From positions 1 through 33,829 of IMG/VR virus record IMGVR_UViG_3300005611_001571: DNA of 33,829 nucleotides; one strand, written 5' to 3'. This document shows, piece after piece, positions 7,483 through 16,158 of this stretch (its first letter is position 1; the number at the start of each line of letters is the position of its first letter). The notes under the pieces were generated by a model. The model was not told the origin of the DNA. It saw only the letters and a list, made by a program, of their open reading frames with translations, and did not search any database. Made by a program: the position numbers and the translations under genes. The DNA is from a virus (lineage: Duplodnaviria; Caudoviricetes).

Positions 7483-7712
7483 CAGTCCCAGTCTCCATCA
7501 TTATCATTGCCTACAATATAGCCAAGGCTACGAAGAAAAGCGTTAAAGTGATATTGAATTTCTTTAGTAGTAGTATCCATAACACCGTCTGACAGATCTA
7601 CTTCAAAGCGATATTCTGATGTAGCAAGTGTGTAACGTGCATTTTCCTTGTCAAGTTCTTGATCATAAGGAGGAGTAAAATTGAAAGTAAAAGTACCTCT
7701 TTTGTCTGACAT
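7482..7712 (-). CDS. Hypothetical protein
   Basis: Start moved to MSDKRG (GGAG SD, promoter upstream); F..FLRSLGY ending. Confidence 0.7.
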   Translation of the reverse strand: MSDKRGTFTFNFTPPYDQELDKENARYTLATSEYRFEVDLSDGVMDTTTKEIQYHFNAFLRSLGYIVGNDNDGDWD

Positions 7713-7742
7713 AAAAATCTCCATAAGTTGAAATGATAAATA

Positions 7743-7771
7743 AATATAACAAAAACTAGGGCACAAAGCAA
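7743..7771 (-). promoter_or_regulatory. Putative promoter TTGCTT-N17-TATATT
   Basis: Same hexamers and spacing recur at 14207 and 16457. Confidence 0.7.
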
Positions 7772-7799
7772 GAAAGGAGCTGTTTTACCAGCTCCTTTC
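7772..7799 (-). terminator. Intrinsic terminator
   Basis: 11-bp stem GAAAGGAGCTG/CAGCTCCTTTC followed by T-rich sequence. Confidence 0.75.
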
Positions 7800-7821
7800 G
7801 TAATAGTTATTTAAACTAAGA

Positions 7822-8160
7822 TTAGAAGCTGATCTTACCACCAATAACTGTTTCGCTGTGCTTAAGATCGTCATTAAAGTCGTTCTTCATATACAGAGTA
7901 ACAGCGCCTAATGGCTGTGATATGTCGATTTCATATTTAGTAATATTGAAAGAACCGCTTGAGGTAGCAGTATCTTTTGCAGTTGTTCCCACGGAAAGGG
8001 GTCCGAGGGAGACTGAGGTGTAAAGAGAATTCACTTCTGCTTCTAACTCTCTTTCAGCGCCTACGGTTACTTCAGGCCACTCAATGGTGGGAGCTGTCTC
8101 TGCAAAAGCAGGAATAGATAAAGCAGCTAAAGCTGCTGATAAAATAATAGTTTTAGTCAT
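7822..8160 (-). CDS. Small secreted outer-membrane beta-barrel-like protein
   Basis: Signal peptide (AFA), alternating beta-strand pattern, C-terminal Phe (GGKISF). Confidence 0.6.
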   Translation of the reverse strand: MTKTIILSAALAALSIPAFAETAPTIEWPEVTVGAERELEAEVNSLYTSVSLGPLSVGTTAKDTATSSGSFNITKYEIDISQPLGAVTLYMKNDFNDDLKHSETVIGGKISF

Positions 8161-8184
8161 AGTAATTCCTTAAGGTTTTAGATT

Positions 8185-8211
8185 ATAAAGACGGCACGTA
8201 GCCGTCTTTAT
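8185..8211 (-). terminator. Hairpin/terminator ending the hsp20 operon
   Basis: Perfect 11-bp inverted repeat ATAAAGACGGC/GCCGTCTTTAT. Confidence 0.65.
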
Positions 8212-8212
8212 T

Positions 8213-8263
8213 TTAATTTTTTGTAGATACAAAGTCGTTTTCTTCTTCAGTGTAAGGCCACAT
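8213..8263 (-). CDS. Putative 16-aa peptide MWPYTEEENDFVSTKN
   Basis: TAATG-coupled to the upstream gene; ends just before the terminator. Confidence 0.4.
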   Translation of the reverse strand: MWPYTEEENDFVSTKN

Positions 8264-8421
8264 TATACGTAGCTAGAGTTGTTTTCTTTATAAAGAAGCT
8301 CACGCTGTCTACGCTCAAGATCTACTAAATCTACTGATCTAGCGAGATAAGCCTCTTCACGGCGTCTCTGTGTTTCGTGAGCAGACGGAAGTCTGAATAA
8401 GTTTACAAAGCGCTTAATCAT
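8263..8421 (-). CDS. Small protein, DUF3563-like
   Basis: Own translation with EEAYLARSVDLVDLERRQREL. Confidence 0.65.
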   Translation of the reverse strand: MIKRFVNLFRLPSAHETQRRREEAYLARSVDLVDLERRQRELLYKENNSSYV

Positions 8422-8557
8422 TTTTAACTCGCTTTAAATCGAGCATAATGTTTTTAGCTTCTTCATGGTATCCTGCAGTTGCTAATCTACTAGCAGCCAT
8501 AGCATACCCTACTCTTTCAACCCAGTTCCATACTGATTTTTTAGATTTACCTGCCAT
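8414..8557 (-). CDS. Hypothetical 47-aa protein
   Basis: Own translation MAGKSKKSVWNWVERVGYAMAASRLATAGYHEEAKNIMLDLKRVKND; AGGAG SD. Confidence 0.65.
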   Translation of the reverse strand: MAGKSKKSVWNWVERVGYAMAASRLATAGYHEEAKNIMLDLKRVKND

Positions 8558-8717
8558 TAGTCATTCTCCTTATGTCTTCATAAGAAGAACCATTCATGAT
8601 ATTATGGTAAACCCAATGAGCATCGTTTCTATACTCTGTGCGACACATCTGCCACATAGCATCTGCATATTTACGATTTTCGTGTGATTTTGTAATCCAT
8701 CTAATAAAAGATTTCAT
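8547..8717 (-). CDS. Hypothetical 56-aa protein
   Basis: Own translation MKSFIRWITKSHENRKYADAMWQMCRTEYRND...; GGGAG SD. Confidence 0.6.
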   Translation of the reverse strand: MKSFIRWITKSHENRKYADAMWQMCRTEYRNDAHWVYHNIMNGSSYEDIRRMTNGR

Positions 8718-8759
8718 TTGATTCTCCCATTGTTGTGATTTTTACAATGGGACGCAGAT

Positions 8760-9170
8760 TTAGTTAATACTAATCGTTCTAGGTAGTTTTTCGTCAGGGA
8801 CTCGAACTTCAAGTGTAACGACCAAAATACCATCGACTAAATCAGCTCCAGTGACTTCAGTGTACTCACTCAAGCGATAACTCTTCATAAACTTACGATT
8901 TGATATACCCTTATGGATATATTGCTCCTGCTCACGCCTCTGTTGACGTTCACCACGCACAGTCAAGACATGATCTTTTACTTCAATAGTGAGATCACTC
9001 TTTTTGAAGCCAGCGACAGCAAGTTCGACAATGAACTTTTTATCGTCAACTTTTACAACATTGTGGGGAGGATACGCATCCATAGCGTGTTTTGAAATAC
9101 GCTCAAGATCGTTAAGAATATGATCGAAACCTAAAAATGAGTTTCGTGGAAATGCTAATGTACCAGTCAT
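8760..9170 (-). CDS. hsp20: Small heat shock protein (Hsp20, IbpA-like)
   Basis: FLGFD, YPPHN, ELAVAGF, YIHKGIS.R.F and A.L.DGIL motifs; AGGAG SD before MTGTL. Confidence 0.95.
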   Translation of the reverse strand: MTGTLAFPRNSFLGFDHILNDLERISKHAMDAYPPHNVVKVDDKKFIVELAVAGFKKSDLTIEVKDHVLTVRGERQQRREQEQYIHKGISNRKFMKSYRLSEYTEVTGADLVDGILVVTLEVRVPDEKLPRTISIN

Positions 9171-9172
9171 GG

Positions 9173-9223
9173 TTAACTCCTTTTCTAGCAAGTTAAATAA
9201 GCAAACCCCTTTTGGGCATTTGC
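9173..9223 (-). promoter_or_regulatory. ROSE-like RNA thermometer in the hsp20 5' UTR
   Basis: UUAACUUGCU-agaaa-AGGAGUUAA hairpin: UUGCU pairs with the SD AGGA with a bulged G; second hairpin at 9201-9223. Confidence 0.75.
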
Positions 9224-9229
9224 AACTGT

Positions 9230-9258
9230 AGTATATAAAATTAGGTGTAAAGTGTCAA
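9230..9258 (-). promoter_or_regulatory. Sigma70 promoter TTGACA-N17-TATACT
   Basis: Near-consensus hexamers upstream of hsp20. Confidence 0.75.
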
Positions 9259-9488
9259 GATGAATTTTCATTATCTAGGAGGTAACTAATCACCTCCATA
9301 AAAAATTTAGCGTCTGCTACGAGTATGGTGATCAGTAATAAAAATGGAGTAAGAGGTAGCCCTAAAAGTCCAAATACTAACAAGACAGATGATATGTGTA
9401 CAAACATGTTATACACATACTCTTTTAGTGCCTCTTTAGGAACGATTAGATTAAGGAAATTTATAGAATATATGATTGCCGATGACAA
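9255..9488 (-). CDS. Hypothetical membrane protein
   Basis: ORF track; hydrophobic; start uncertain. Confidence 0.45.
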   Translation of the reverse strand: MSSAIIYSINFLNLIVPKEALKEYVYNMFVHISSVLLVFGLLGLPLTPFLLLITILVADAKFFMEVISYLLDNENSS

Positions 9489-9993
9489 AAGTTTGCTCCA
9501 TATGATTCGCCCAATCTGGGCTTACGTAATCTGCATGATAGTGAGTAGAACCGCCAGTATTATCATAGAAATCTCCATGAATAATCTTAAAGGCTATCGC
9601 TCTAGATAATTCGTAAATATTTGCATCTTGTTTCGGTATAACATCTGATTTACCGTCACAATACCAAGAAAATTGACACTTATCTCTTTTAGGAAAATAA
9701 ATACGCTCACTATCAGGTAGAGAAGGATCTTTTCTAGTTTTCCAAGACTCACGTACTGGGCCTTCCCTTATAACGTCACAGTAGTTGTCTGGCCAGTGAG
9801 GACTGCGAACTCGGTTTCGAGTGACATTTGCTACTGCAATCATACCTCTAGTTGATTGATTGCGTGCTTCCCAATATATGTTATCAGCTAGGCAAGATAC
9901 CTCGTTTTGGACGTTGCCCGCGTAAGATGTCGTGCTCATCGCACTTATCGCCATACTGAATTTCAATAATAGACAAAGATTTTTCAGTTTCAT
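9451..9993 (-). CDS. Cell wall hydrolase, SleB/Hydrolase_2 family
   Basis: CLA.NIY.EARNQ, AVANV..NRV, CQFSWYCDG, HYHA.YV.P.W, IGNHIFY; start uncertain. Confidence 0.92.
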   Translation of the reverse strand: MKLKNLCLLLKFSMAISAMSTTSYAGNVQNEVSCLADNIYWEARNQSTRGMIAVANVTRNRVRSPHWPDNYCDVIREGPVRESWKTRKDPSLPDSERIYFPKRDKCQFSWYCDGKSDVIPKQDANIYELSRAIAFKIIHGDFYDNTGGSTHYHADYVSPDWANHMEQTFVIGNHIFYKFP

Positions 9994-10675
9994 TTACTAG
10001 TTGATGCCACTTTCTCTTATAAATCATAAACGTATCATTAGGATTCTTTTGAGTAACAAAAACATCTTTACCCTTATCGTCAGACGAATAGTATATTGTA
10101 GCAGTCCCTTCTCGGATAAACCAGAGTTCATTTCTGTGTTCGTGCGATTGCCACGATAAACTTGAGTTCGGAGCTACGACAAGTTCTTTTACTTTTGCTG
10201 TTTTATAGTCAGCAAGCACTTTCCAAAGTCCCCACTCTCGTTCAGTGGGTTGAAACTTCCATTCTGCCAAAAAATCAGAAGATGAATTAAGTTTAGTGGT
10301 TCCGCCTAGTGTATCGTCAATTAAGATATCATTTTGAAAACAAAAGTCTTTCTCTGGAAAGTTATTTGACCTGTCACCCCCATTACCAAAAGTAATTGAA
10401 TTAATCCCGTAAGTATCTAAAGCATATTTAATTGCCATATTAGCTGTGTCATCTGAGTCATCGAAAGAAAAAACTTCACTAATATATTGACACGAAGAAA
10501 GTACAGCAAATCTTACATCATAAGACATAAAAGGTCTACCCTTCTTACGGGCTAACCAATCATCTGAGTTTAGTCCGACAAGAACTAGATCATACTTATT
10601 TCGAGCTTCTTTGAACATCTCAATGTGACCATCATGAACGGGATCGAACCCTCCTGATAATACAACTACATTCAT
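9884..10675 (-). CDS. Cytidylyltransferase-like domain fused to a type II mannose-6-phosphate isomerase-like cupin
   Basis: SGGFDPVHDGH (HIGH), GLNSD.WL.RKKG, NGGDR; R.WG...LS.Q.H..R.E.W...H...IEIQYG. Confidence 0.9.
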   Translation of the reverse strand: MNVVVLSGGFDPVHDGHIEMFKEARNKYDLVLVGLNSDDWLARKKGRPFMSYDVRFAVLSSCQYISEVFSFDDSDDTANMAIKYALDTYGINSITFGNGGDRSNNFPEKDFCFQNDILIDDTLGGTTKLNSSSDFLAEWKFQPTEREWGLWKVLADYKTAKVKELVVAPNSSLSWQSHEHRNELWFIREGTATIYYSSDDKGKDVFVTQKNPNDTFMIYKRKWHQLVNETEKSLSIIEIQYGDKCDEHDILRGQRPKRGILPS

Positions 10676-10740
10676 ATAAAAAATACTCCCAAAGTAAAAC
10701 TACAATTATAACAGGAATAACTATCAATCCAAGTGCAACT

Positions 10741-10971
10741 TTACCAAAAAATGTTACCAATGATCTCAGCGTTATCCGAGACGATCGCCCCCTCGGTTTT
10801 ACCATTATCTTGCCAAGCTTTTAGAATTGAAAGGTGCTTGCAGCTGCGAGTACGAGCAGGGCAATCACATCGGCTACCAGTGATCCTGTATACGCCAACT
10901 GGTGTGTTTGATTCTTCAAATTTTGCAACTTCATATGTAAATTTACCTTTACGAACTAAGTAGTTTGCCAT
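10741..10971 (-). CDS. SWIM zinc-finger protein
   Basis: CDCP.....CKH motif; GAGGGA SD before MANYL. Confidence 0.75.
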   Translation of the reverse strand: MANYLVRKGKFTYEVAKFEESNTPVGVYRITGSRCDCPARTRSCKHLSILKAWQDNGKTEGAIVSDNAEIIGNIFW

Positions 10972-10990
10972 AATTTCCCTCATTTTCAAT

Positions 10991-11020
10991 ATAATAACTT
11001 AAAAGAAGAGATTTAGGCAA
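10991..11020 (-). promoter_or_regulatory. Putative promoter TTGCCT-N18-TATTAT
   Basis: Variant of the recurring motif; intergenic. Confidence 0.45.
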
Positions 11021-11022
11021 CG

Positions 11023-11757
11023 TTAAAGTAATTCTTTTTCATGCAATAAATCAAATAAATAATCAGCGTACCACTTTTGAGTATCTTCGTCATAGTGAGA
11101 GTTATACCCCGAATCTATACTAAACTGAGATATTTTTCTATTGTTAGCACCACAGTAATTAGTATACGCTAGAGATTGATCTAAGAAGTGTGGATAGCGT
11201 GTCTTATCAATATGAATTTTATAAGGATTATACTCATCATTAGTAGATAGTTGATGCTCTACTGCACTCAAAAATAAATACTTAATCTTGTATCTATATA
11301 AAAGATTTTGGAGATTAAGCATGTAGTTGTAATATTCTGTTACAAGAGTCTTGTTAGAGGTTAGAACCACCCAACGCCTATAGTAGTTATACAAATCAGA
11401 TGGAAAAGTCTTTTTATAACGCTTATCATTACCGATTACCAAAGGAACCCAGCCGTTATCCCAGTTCCATTCGTGAGGATTATCAAAAAATAACTCTGTT
11501 CTGAAATAACCAGGCCACATAACTACAAAAAATAATTCATCTGTAGAATTACCTTTTTTGAGGTAATCAAAAAGAAATTCGTAAGAAGTTCTAACAATTC
11601 TTCTTATAGAAGCTCCTGACATGGCAAGGTTTGTATAGTCCCAGTTTAATTTATTTGCAAGATGCTGCCCCCAAGCCTTTTCATAACACCAACCTTGGGA
11701 CGGAGCCTCTAATTCTGCTCCTGCTGCATGAGAACAGCCGTTTACTATTAGATGCAT
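11023..11757 (-). CDS. SGNH-hydrolase-like phage protein
   Basis: NGCSH.AG block I, NLA.SGAS block II, C-terminal His. Confidence 0.65.
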   Translation of the reverse strand: MHLIVNGCSHAAGAELEAPSQGWCYEKAWGQHLANKLNWDYTNLAMSGASIRRIVRTSYEFLFDYLKKGNSTDELFFVVMWPGYFRTELFFDNPHEWNWDNGWVPLVIGNDKRYKKTFPSDLYNYYRRWVVLTSNKTLVTEYYNYMLNLQNLLYRYKIKYLFLSAVEHQLSTNDEYNPYKIHIDKTRYPHFLDQSLAYTNYCGANNRKISQFSIDSGYNSHYDEDTQKWYADYLFDLLHEKELL

Positions 11758-12275
11758 TAATTAAATCCGTACTCTACATTCATAAGCGGAACAGCGTTAG
11801 AAACTACATCGACATTGCTAAGGCCTGACGGAAAATAGTTAATTCCTGAATCATCTGTTTCTGTAACTGTTACTATTAGATCATAGTCCCTGTGAAGCTG
11901 GGATCCTGGATAAATTATTGTGTCACCTTTAGCATATCCAGTACCAGAAGAAACAGTTGAAATCGTCTCAACACCGTATTCATCAACGACTGATTTTAAA
12001 GTGCACCCAATTCCTAATCCTGAAGTGCTAACTTGAGAGACTTCAGTGGTTATAAAGGCATTTCCAGCTGGAAAGTTTAAATCGCCTGAGTATAATGCAT
12101 TAACACGACCAACAGATGCTACGTTTTGTATTGTGTTATCCGCTAACACCGTAAACTCTAAAGATTGATTATTGGAAGTGTGTGCCCATGAAACGTTATA
12201 ACAGTTATTGCCTCCGTAATCACCGTAAGTAACATCTGTTATATACATATTTGAATCTGAATATAGATTTGCCAT
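11757..12275 (-). CDS. Hypothetical beta-rich protein, possibly virion-associated
   Basis: S/T/G/V-rich; SGTGYAKGDTI turn motif seen in phage structural proteins. Confidence 0.55.
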   Translation of the reverse strand: MANLYSDSNMYITDVTYGDYGGNNCYNVSWAHTSNNQSLEFTVLADNTIQNVASVGRVNALYSGDLNFPAGNAFITTEVSQVSTSGLGIGCTLKSVVDEYGVETISTVSSGTGYAKGDTIIYPGSQLHRDYDLIVTVTETDDSGINYFPSGLSNVDVVSNAVPLMNVEYGFN

Positions 12276-12283
12276 CTTAACTC

Positions 12284-13381
12284 CTAAAAATTATTGTATT
12301 TCTCATATTGAGGAAAGACATCAAAAAAATTAGTTCCTCGATATACATCTAAAAGCTTATTATATGATATAAAGTCCTTCCCTAAAGTTGGTAGGTCAGT
12401 ATCAATAAAATCATTAAATAGTTTTTCTAAATGATGGTTCCCTGCGTATAAGTTTCTAAGTAATTCTTTATCTTCTCGTAGTAGTCTTTGTGGATTTAAA
12501 AATTCTGGTAAGTAACAAGGAGAGTAATGTACTATTATTTGTAACTTTTCTCTAAATTTTTCTATATCTGGCAGAGTCCATACGCTATAAGCATTTACAA
12601 CACAATTAATATCTAGTCTAACATGCTTAATCACTTTGGCTACATTATCTAAAAAAACTTTTCTATCAAATCCAGTTCTAGAATACTCAACAGCAGGACC
12701 CCAACCATCACAGCTAGCTTCTAATGTAACATTTTTAAATTGTTTCCACAAGTCTAAAAGATTAACATTTTTATAATGAATGTTTGACAAGTTAGTAGAG
12801 TAAGAAAGAGAAACATTGGTTAAATTGTTATCAACTAAAAAAGTCAATAAACGCCAATGAGCATCAGTAATCAAAGGTTCGCCACCAGAAATGTTTATAT
12901 ATTTTAAGGATCCAGAACTTATTTGTGTTTTTAATAAATCAAAAAGATGTTCATTATCCTCAAAAATATCTTTTGTAACATCATAAGAGTGCTTAAAATA
13001 ATTATGTTTTCTATTCTCAATCTCCCAAGTCGAAGAAAAATTTGGATTACACATTCTACACTTAAAGTTGCAAACATTGTTAAGTCTTAAATGTATGTGT
13101 GTTAAACCATTAGAAGATATAGCAAGCTGTCTTCTATGGGAAGACATATTATTTTTTTCATTATCCCAACACCACTCACAGTTAGGATTTTTAATGTTGT
13201 TTAGTAGATCTTGTTTAAGGTTTTTAAGTGCATCACCTAATAAATAATTCTCAATATTACTACCCATAGGAAACCGATTAGACGGCATAACACAACAAGG
13301 AGTAACGCTACCGTCCTCCTCGATGTGCATTTCGTTCCAAGGTCTTGAGCAAAAAGTGCTACTTTGATGCGGCTCTTGCAA
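12284..13381 (-). CDS. Radical SAM protein with N-terminal SPASM/twitch-like domain
   Basis: CNFKCRMC, SGGEPL, N-terminal C..PW...G.V.PCC...C..CW. Confidence 0.92.
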   Translation of the reverse strand: MQEPHQSSTFCSRPWNEMHIEEDGSVTPCCVMPSNRFPMGSNIENYLLGDALKNLKQDLLNNIKNPNCEWCWDNEKNNMSSHRRQLAISSNGLTHIHLRLNNVCNFKCRMCNPNFSSTWEIENRKHNYFKHSYDVTKDIFEDNEHLFDLLKTQISSGSLKYINISGGEPLITDAHWRLLTFLVDNNLTNVSLSYSTNLSNIHYKNVNLLDLWKQFKNVTLEASCDGWGPAVEYSRTGFDRKVFLDNVAKVIKHVRLDINCVVNAYSVWTLPDIEKFREKLQIIVHYSPCYLPEFLNPQRLLREDKELLRNLYAGNHHLEKLFNDFIDTDLPTLGKDFISYNKLLDVYRGTNFFDVFPQYEKYNNF

Positions 13382-13901
13382 TTAAAGGTTCTCTCTTGAT
13401 GCCTACAATCTCGTCCTTAATTCGTTGATACTCTTCGGCCATTTCGTGTTGGTTTTCGAGAGTATAGTTAAGAAAGGCATTTCTTAGTCGGCTATAAAAA
13501 TTCTTCCATACAGGACCATGAGGATTACACCTATGACGATTAATCTTGTAGGAGTAGTATTGAAGCGCGTGTGCAATCTCATGTAGAATAACCATGTCTA
13601 ATTTATCATAGTTTCTACGAGTATAAAAGCCCCCAATGTCGGGATGATCATCAAAAGACTTATATTCGTAAACTCTGTAGATTTCGCCTTTATGATCACG
13701 ACAAAGGTGATTCATTGCAATGTTTATGCCTGGTCCATCAGCGTACATTCCTCCACGAGATGAACGACGTTTTGGGTCCCAGTCTAGTCTGATACTGCCC
13801 AGTGAGAACTTTTTATAAATTTCTCGCTGACAGAAAGCCTCTACTTTACGAATGTAATCGTTAGCATACTTATTCCATTTTGCGCGCTCAATACTATTCA
13901 T
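13359..13901 (-). CDS. SprT-like zinc metalloprotein
   Basis: HEIAH plus HG..WK. Confidence 0.75.
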   Translation of the reverse strand: MNSIERAKWNKYANDYIRKVEAFCQREIYKKFSLGSIRLDWDPKRRSSRGGMYADGPGINIAMNHLCRDHKGEIYRVYEYKSFDDHPDIGGFYTRRNYDKLDMVILHEIAHALQYYSYKINRHRCNPHGPVWKNFYSRLRNAFLNYTLENQHEMAEEYQRIKDEIVGIKREPLIARAASK

Positions 13902-14200
13902 TATCGTCTCTTACCTGTTGATGAATCTGATGCCTCTTTAGAAGATAAAACTACAAGATTTCCCTTGTTATAAGCCTGACCGATATGAACACCACTGCCA
14001 GAATAACGTTTGTTACCCTTAACAAAACCATTACCGACACGATCAGACGTAGGTGCAGTAACAATGTCAGATTTATAATTAGGGAAATCAGATTTAGATT
14101 TTTTAGCTTTGGCAAGTTGAGAAGGGTGAACTCCTCTTTTAAGGAGCCACCGTTCATGGTCTTGTCTGATCTGGGCTTTAGTTCTGTTTTGTTTTTTCAT
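13901..14200 (-). CDS. Conserved basic phage hypothetical protein
   Basis: H..WL.K.GV and AYNKG motifs; start at MKKQNR lies just after the promoter, possibly leaderless. Confidence 0.7.
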   Translation of the reverse strand: MKKQNRTKAQIRQDHERWLLKRGVHPSQLAKAKKSKSDFPNYKSDIVTAPTSDRVGNGFVKGNKRYSGSGVHIGQAYNKGNLVVLSSKEASDSSTGKRR

Positions 14201-14206
14201 AAGTTT

Positions 14207-14235
14207 AATATATAGAAAAAACATGTATTAAGCAA
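14207..14235 (-). promoter_or_regulatory. Putative promoter TTGCTT-N17-TATATT
   Basis: Recurring motif. Confidence 0.7.
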
Positions 14236-15180
14236 TCAAATACTTAAATCAGTGTACCCTAAAAGAGGAGAAACATACTTACCGTCAAGGTCAGGTTTAA
14301 GCATTGCTGCTGCAATATTTCGACACTTAATAGCTCTATCAAGGTTATCATCACAGAAAACAGCTATACGATTCCCATGAGAAGGATTAGTAAAGTATAG
14401 ATCTGGATCATCAAACTGATAGTACACTAGTTCCTCAGCACATATATAGTCAAACAGTTCAATGTTTATACTAAACTTAGTGTCTGGTTGGCCAAAAAGT
14501 GCGGCGATATAAAAAGTTTTAGGAGTGTAGTCGTTAGGTTGCCAATCCCAAGTGTTAGTATTATATAAATTATAGATTGCATCCAGCAATTCGTGATCAC
14601 CGAGTCGATCAAGATCACCCATTCGTAGCTGTGCTTCGATTATTTGACAACCAATCATTTCAATATTCAAAACACCAGAATACCCATAAAAATTGTCATA
14701 AATCCAAGAGCAAACATAATCTTCTTCTGCTTTAGGTAAGGCTACAAGCTCCCAATAATCAAAAGCTCCGTGCTGAAGTTTTTCTCCACGCATAGGAAAA
14801 TGAGCCATAATCTCACCATCTTTAAGAATAAAATCTATAGAATAGTGTTCACCCATTGCATACCCAGACCAAAAAGTACTAGGATTAGTAATCTTTCTAT
14901 ACTCATCTTCTGTATGGCAGACTACTGACCCAATAGAGCCTCCAAACAAGTTATAGATTGGCTTTACGCAAATAGGATACTCAGTTGGAGTAGTTCCTGT
15001 CGGTCCGTGAGGTATGTTTTGAGTATGACATACAGTCATTTTATTGTATACCCACCTAAAATCTTTAAAGGTTTCATAGGCAACATCATCTGTAGTCGGT
15101 ATCACGACTCCATCATCACCAACATAACCCTCATAAAGGTGTGGCATCTGTTTAATCGGATCATAGTTTTTCCACGTCAT
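14236..15180 (-). CDS. ATP-grasp-like protein
   Basis: YNK...YP..VKP..NL.GG..G, GEHYS.D, G.LN.E....IIE..LR pattern. Confidence 0.6.
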   Translation of the reverse strand: MTWKNYDPIKQMPHLYEGYVGDDGVVIPTTDDVAYETFKDFRWVYNKMTVCHTQNIPHGPTGTTPTEYPICVKPIYNLFGGSIGSVVCHTEDEYRKITNPSTFWSGYAMGEHYSIDFILKDGEIMAHFPMRGEKLQHGAFDYWELVALPKAEEDYVCSWIYDNFYGYSGVLNIEMIGCQIIEAQLRMGDLDRLGDHELLDAIYNLYNTNTWDWQPNDYTPKTFYIAALFGQPDTKFSINIELFDYICAEELVYYQFDDPDLYFTNPSHGNRIAVFCDDNLDRAIKCRNIAAAMLKPDLDGKYVSPLLGYTDLSI

Positions 15181-16043
15181 TTTTGTACCTCCGGTGACCA
15201 GAAAGTTGTTCTTCCGTCATTGAGCTTAACTCTTTCAACAGGATTTCCATAGATGTCCTCCTTTTGATTATAGACCATTACATGACCTCCTCGTGCCTCT
15301 ACAATCTCTGTAGGATTTGACCCAAACCGAGTGTAGTTGCCATGATTATTATATAGATCAGAATAGTTACGAATAGTTGCCCCACCTGACTCAAACGATG
15401 TCGATAGAACTTTACACACTGCGTAATAAAGTTTTTCAAGCTCCTCATCTGAACAACTTTCTAGAGTTCTGTCAGGTCTTAATGCAGCTAAAAAGAGAGA
15501 CTCAGATTTGTAGATATTTCCAACACCAGATACTTGAGACTGATCCATAAGCCACTTAACCAGTGTCCATCGGGGCTTGAGACGAGCAATGTGAAGAAAC
15601 TCGGATAAAGTACAAGGATTATTAAGCATATCAGGGCCAATAGAAGCCAATTTCTTCTGATGATCCTTATCATCAAATACAAACTTAATAGTACCAAAAT
15701 TACGTTGATCATTATAGTATACTGCCGAATCATCATCAAAGTAAAACGCAATACGAGTATGCTTTGATGGTTGAAGTTTAAAGTTACCTGTCATACCCAA
15801 GGTCGTGTACATATAACAAATAGGAAGAAGATCACCGAACTCCCACCAGATAAACTTACCTTTGTTATATACCCCTTTTACAGGTAAGGGCTTTTCATCA
15901 ATAGCAAAATAAAAATCTGCAAAACCTATAGGCAAATTCTTAACGTATCTACCCGAGACAAAGTTGATATTGACTAAAGACTTACCTTGTACAGCACGGT
16001 TTACTTGCCGTGCTGTACAAGTGCATTCAGGACCCTCGGGCAT
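15177..16043 (-). CDS. Fpg/Nei family DNA glycosylase/AP lyase, zincless-finger type
   Basis: MPEGPE start, KGK, LGMTG, D.RNFG, GPD, H2TH MDQ..VSGVGNIYKSE, C-terminal GRTTFW.P.VQ without zinc Cys. Confidence 0.93.
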   Translation of the reverse strand: MPEGPECTCTARQVNRAVQGKSLVNINFVSGRYVKNLPIGFADFYFAIDEKPLPVKGVYNKGKFIWWEFGDLLPICYMYTTLGMTGNFKLQPSKHTRIAFYFDDDSAVYYNDQRNFGTIKFVFDDKDHQKKLASIGPDMLNNPCTLSEFLHIARLKPRWTLVKWLMDQSQVSGVGNIYKSESLFLAALRPDRTLESCSDEELEKLYYAVCKVLSTSFESGGATIRNYSDLYNNHGNYTRFGSNPTEIVEARGGHVMVYNQKEDIYGNPVERVKLNDGRTTFWSPEVQK

Positions 16044-16156
16044 TAAGACACCTGATACGCTATGTAAATACATAGGAAAATTATAAGTAACTTTCCGTAG
16101 TCGAGATCAAAGTCAGTGCCTTCACCAAACTTTGTTTTCAAATCACTAATCTTCAT
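16043..16156 (-). CDS. Hypothetical 37-aa membrane peptide
   Basis: Own translation MKISDLKTKFGEGTDFDLDYGKLLIIFLCIYIAYQVS; GAGGT SD; TAATG coupling. Confidence 0.6.
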   Translation of the reverse strand: MKISDLKTKFGEGTDFDLDYGKLLIIFLCIYIAYQVS

Positions 16157-16158
16157 GA

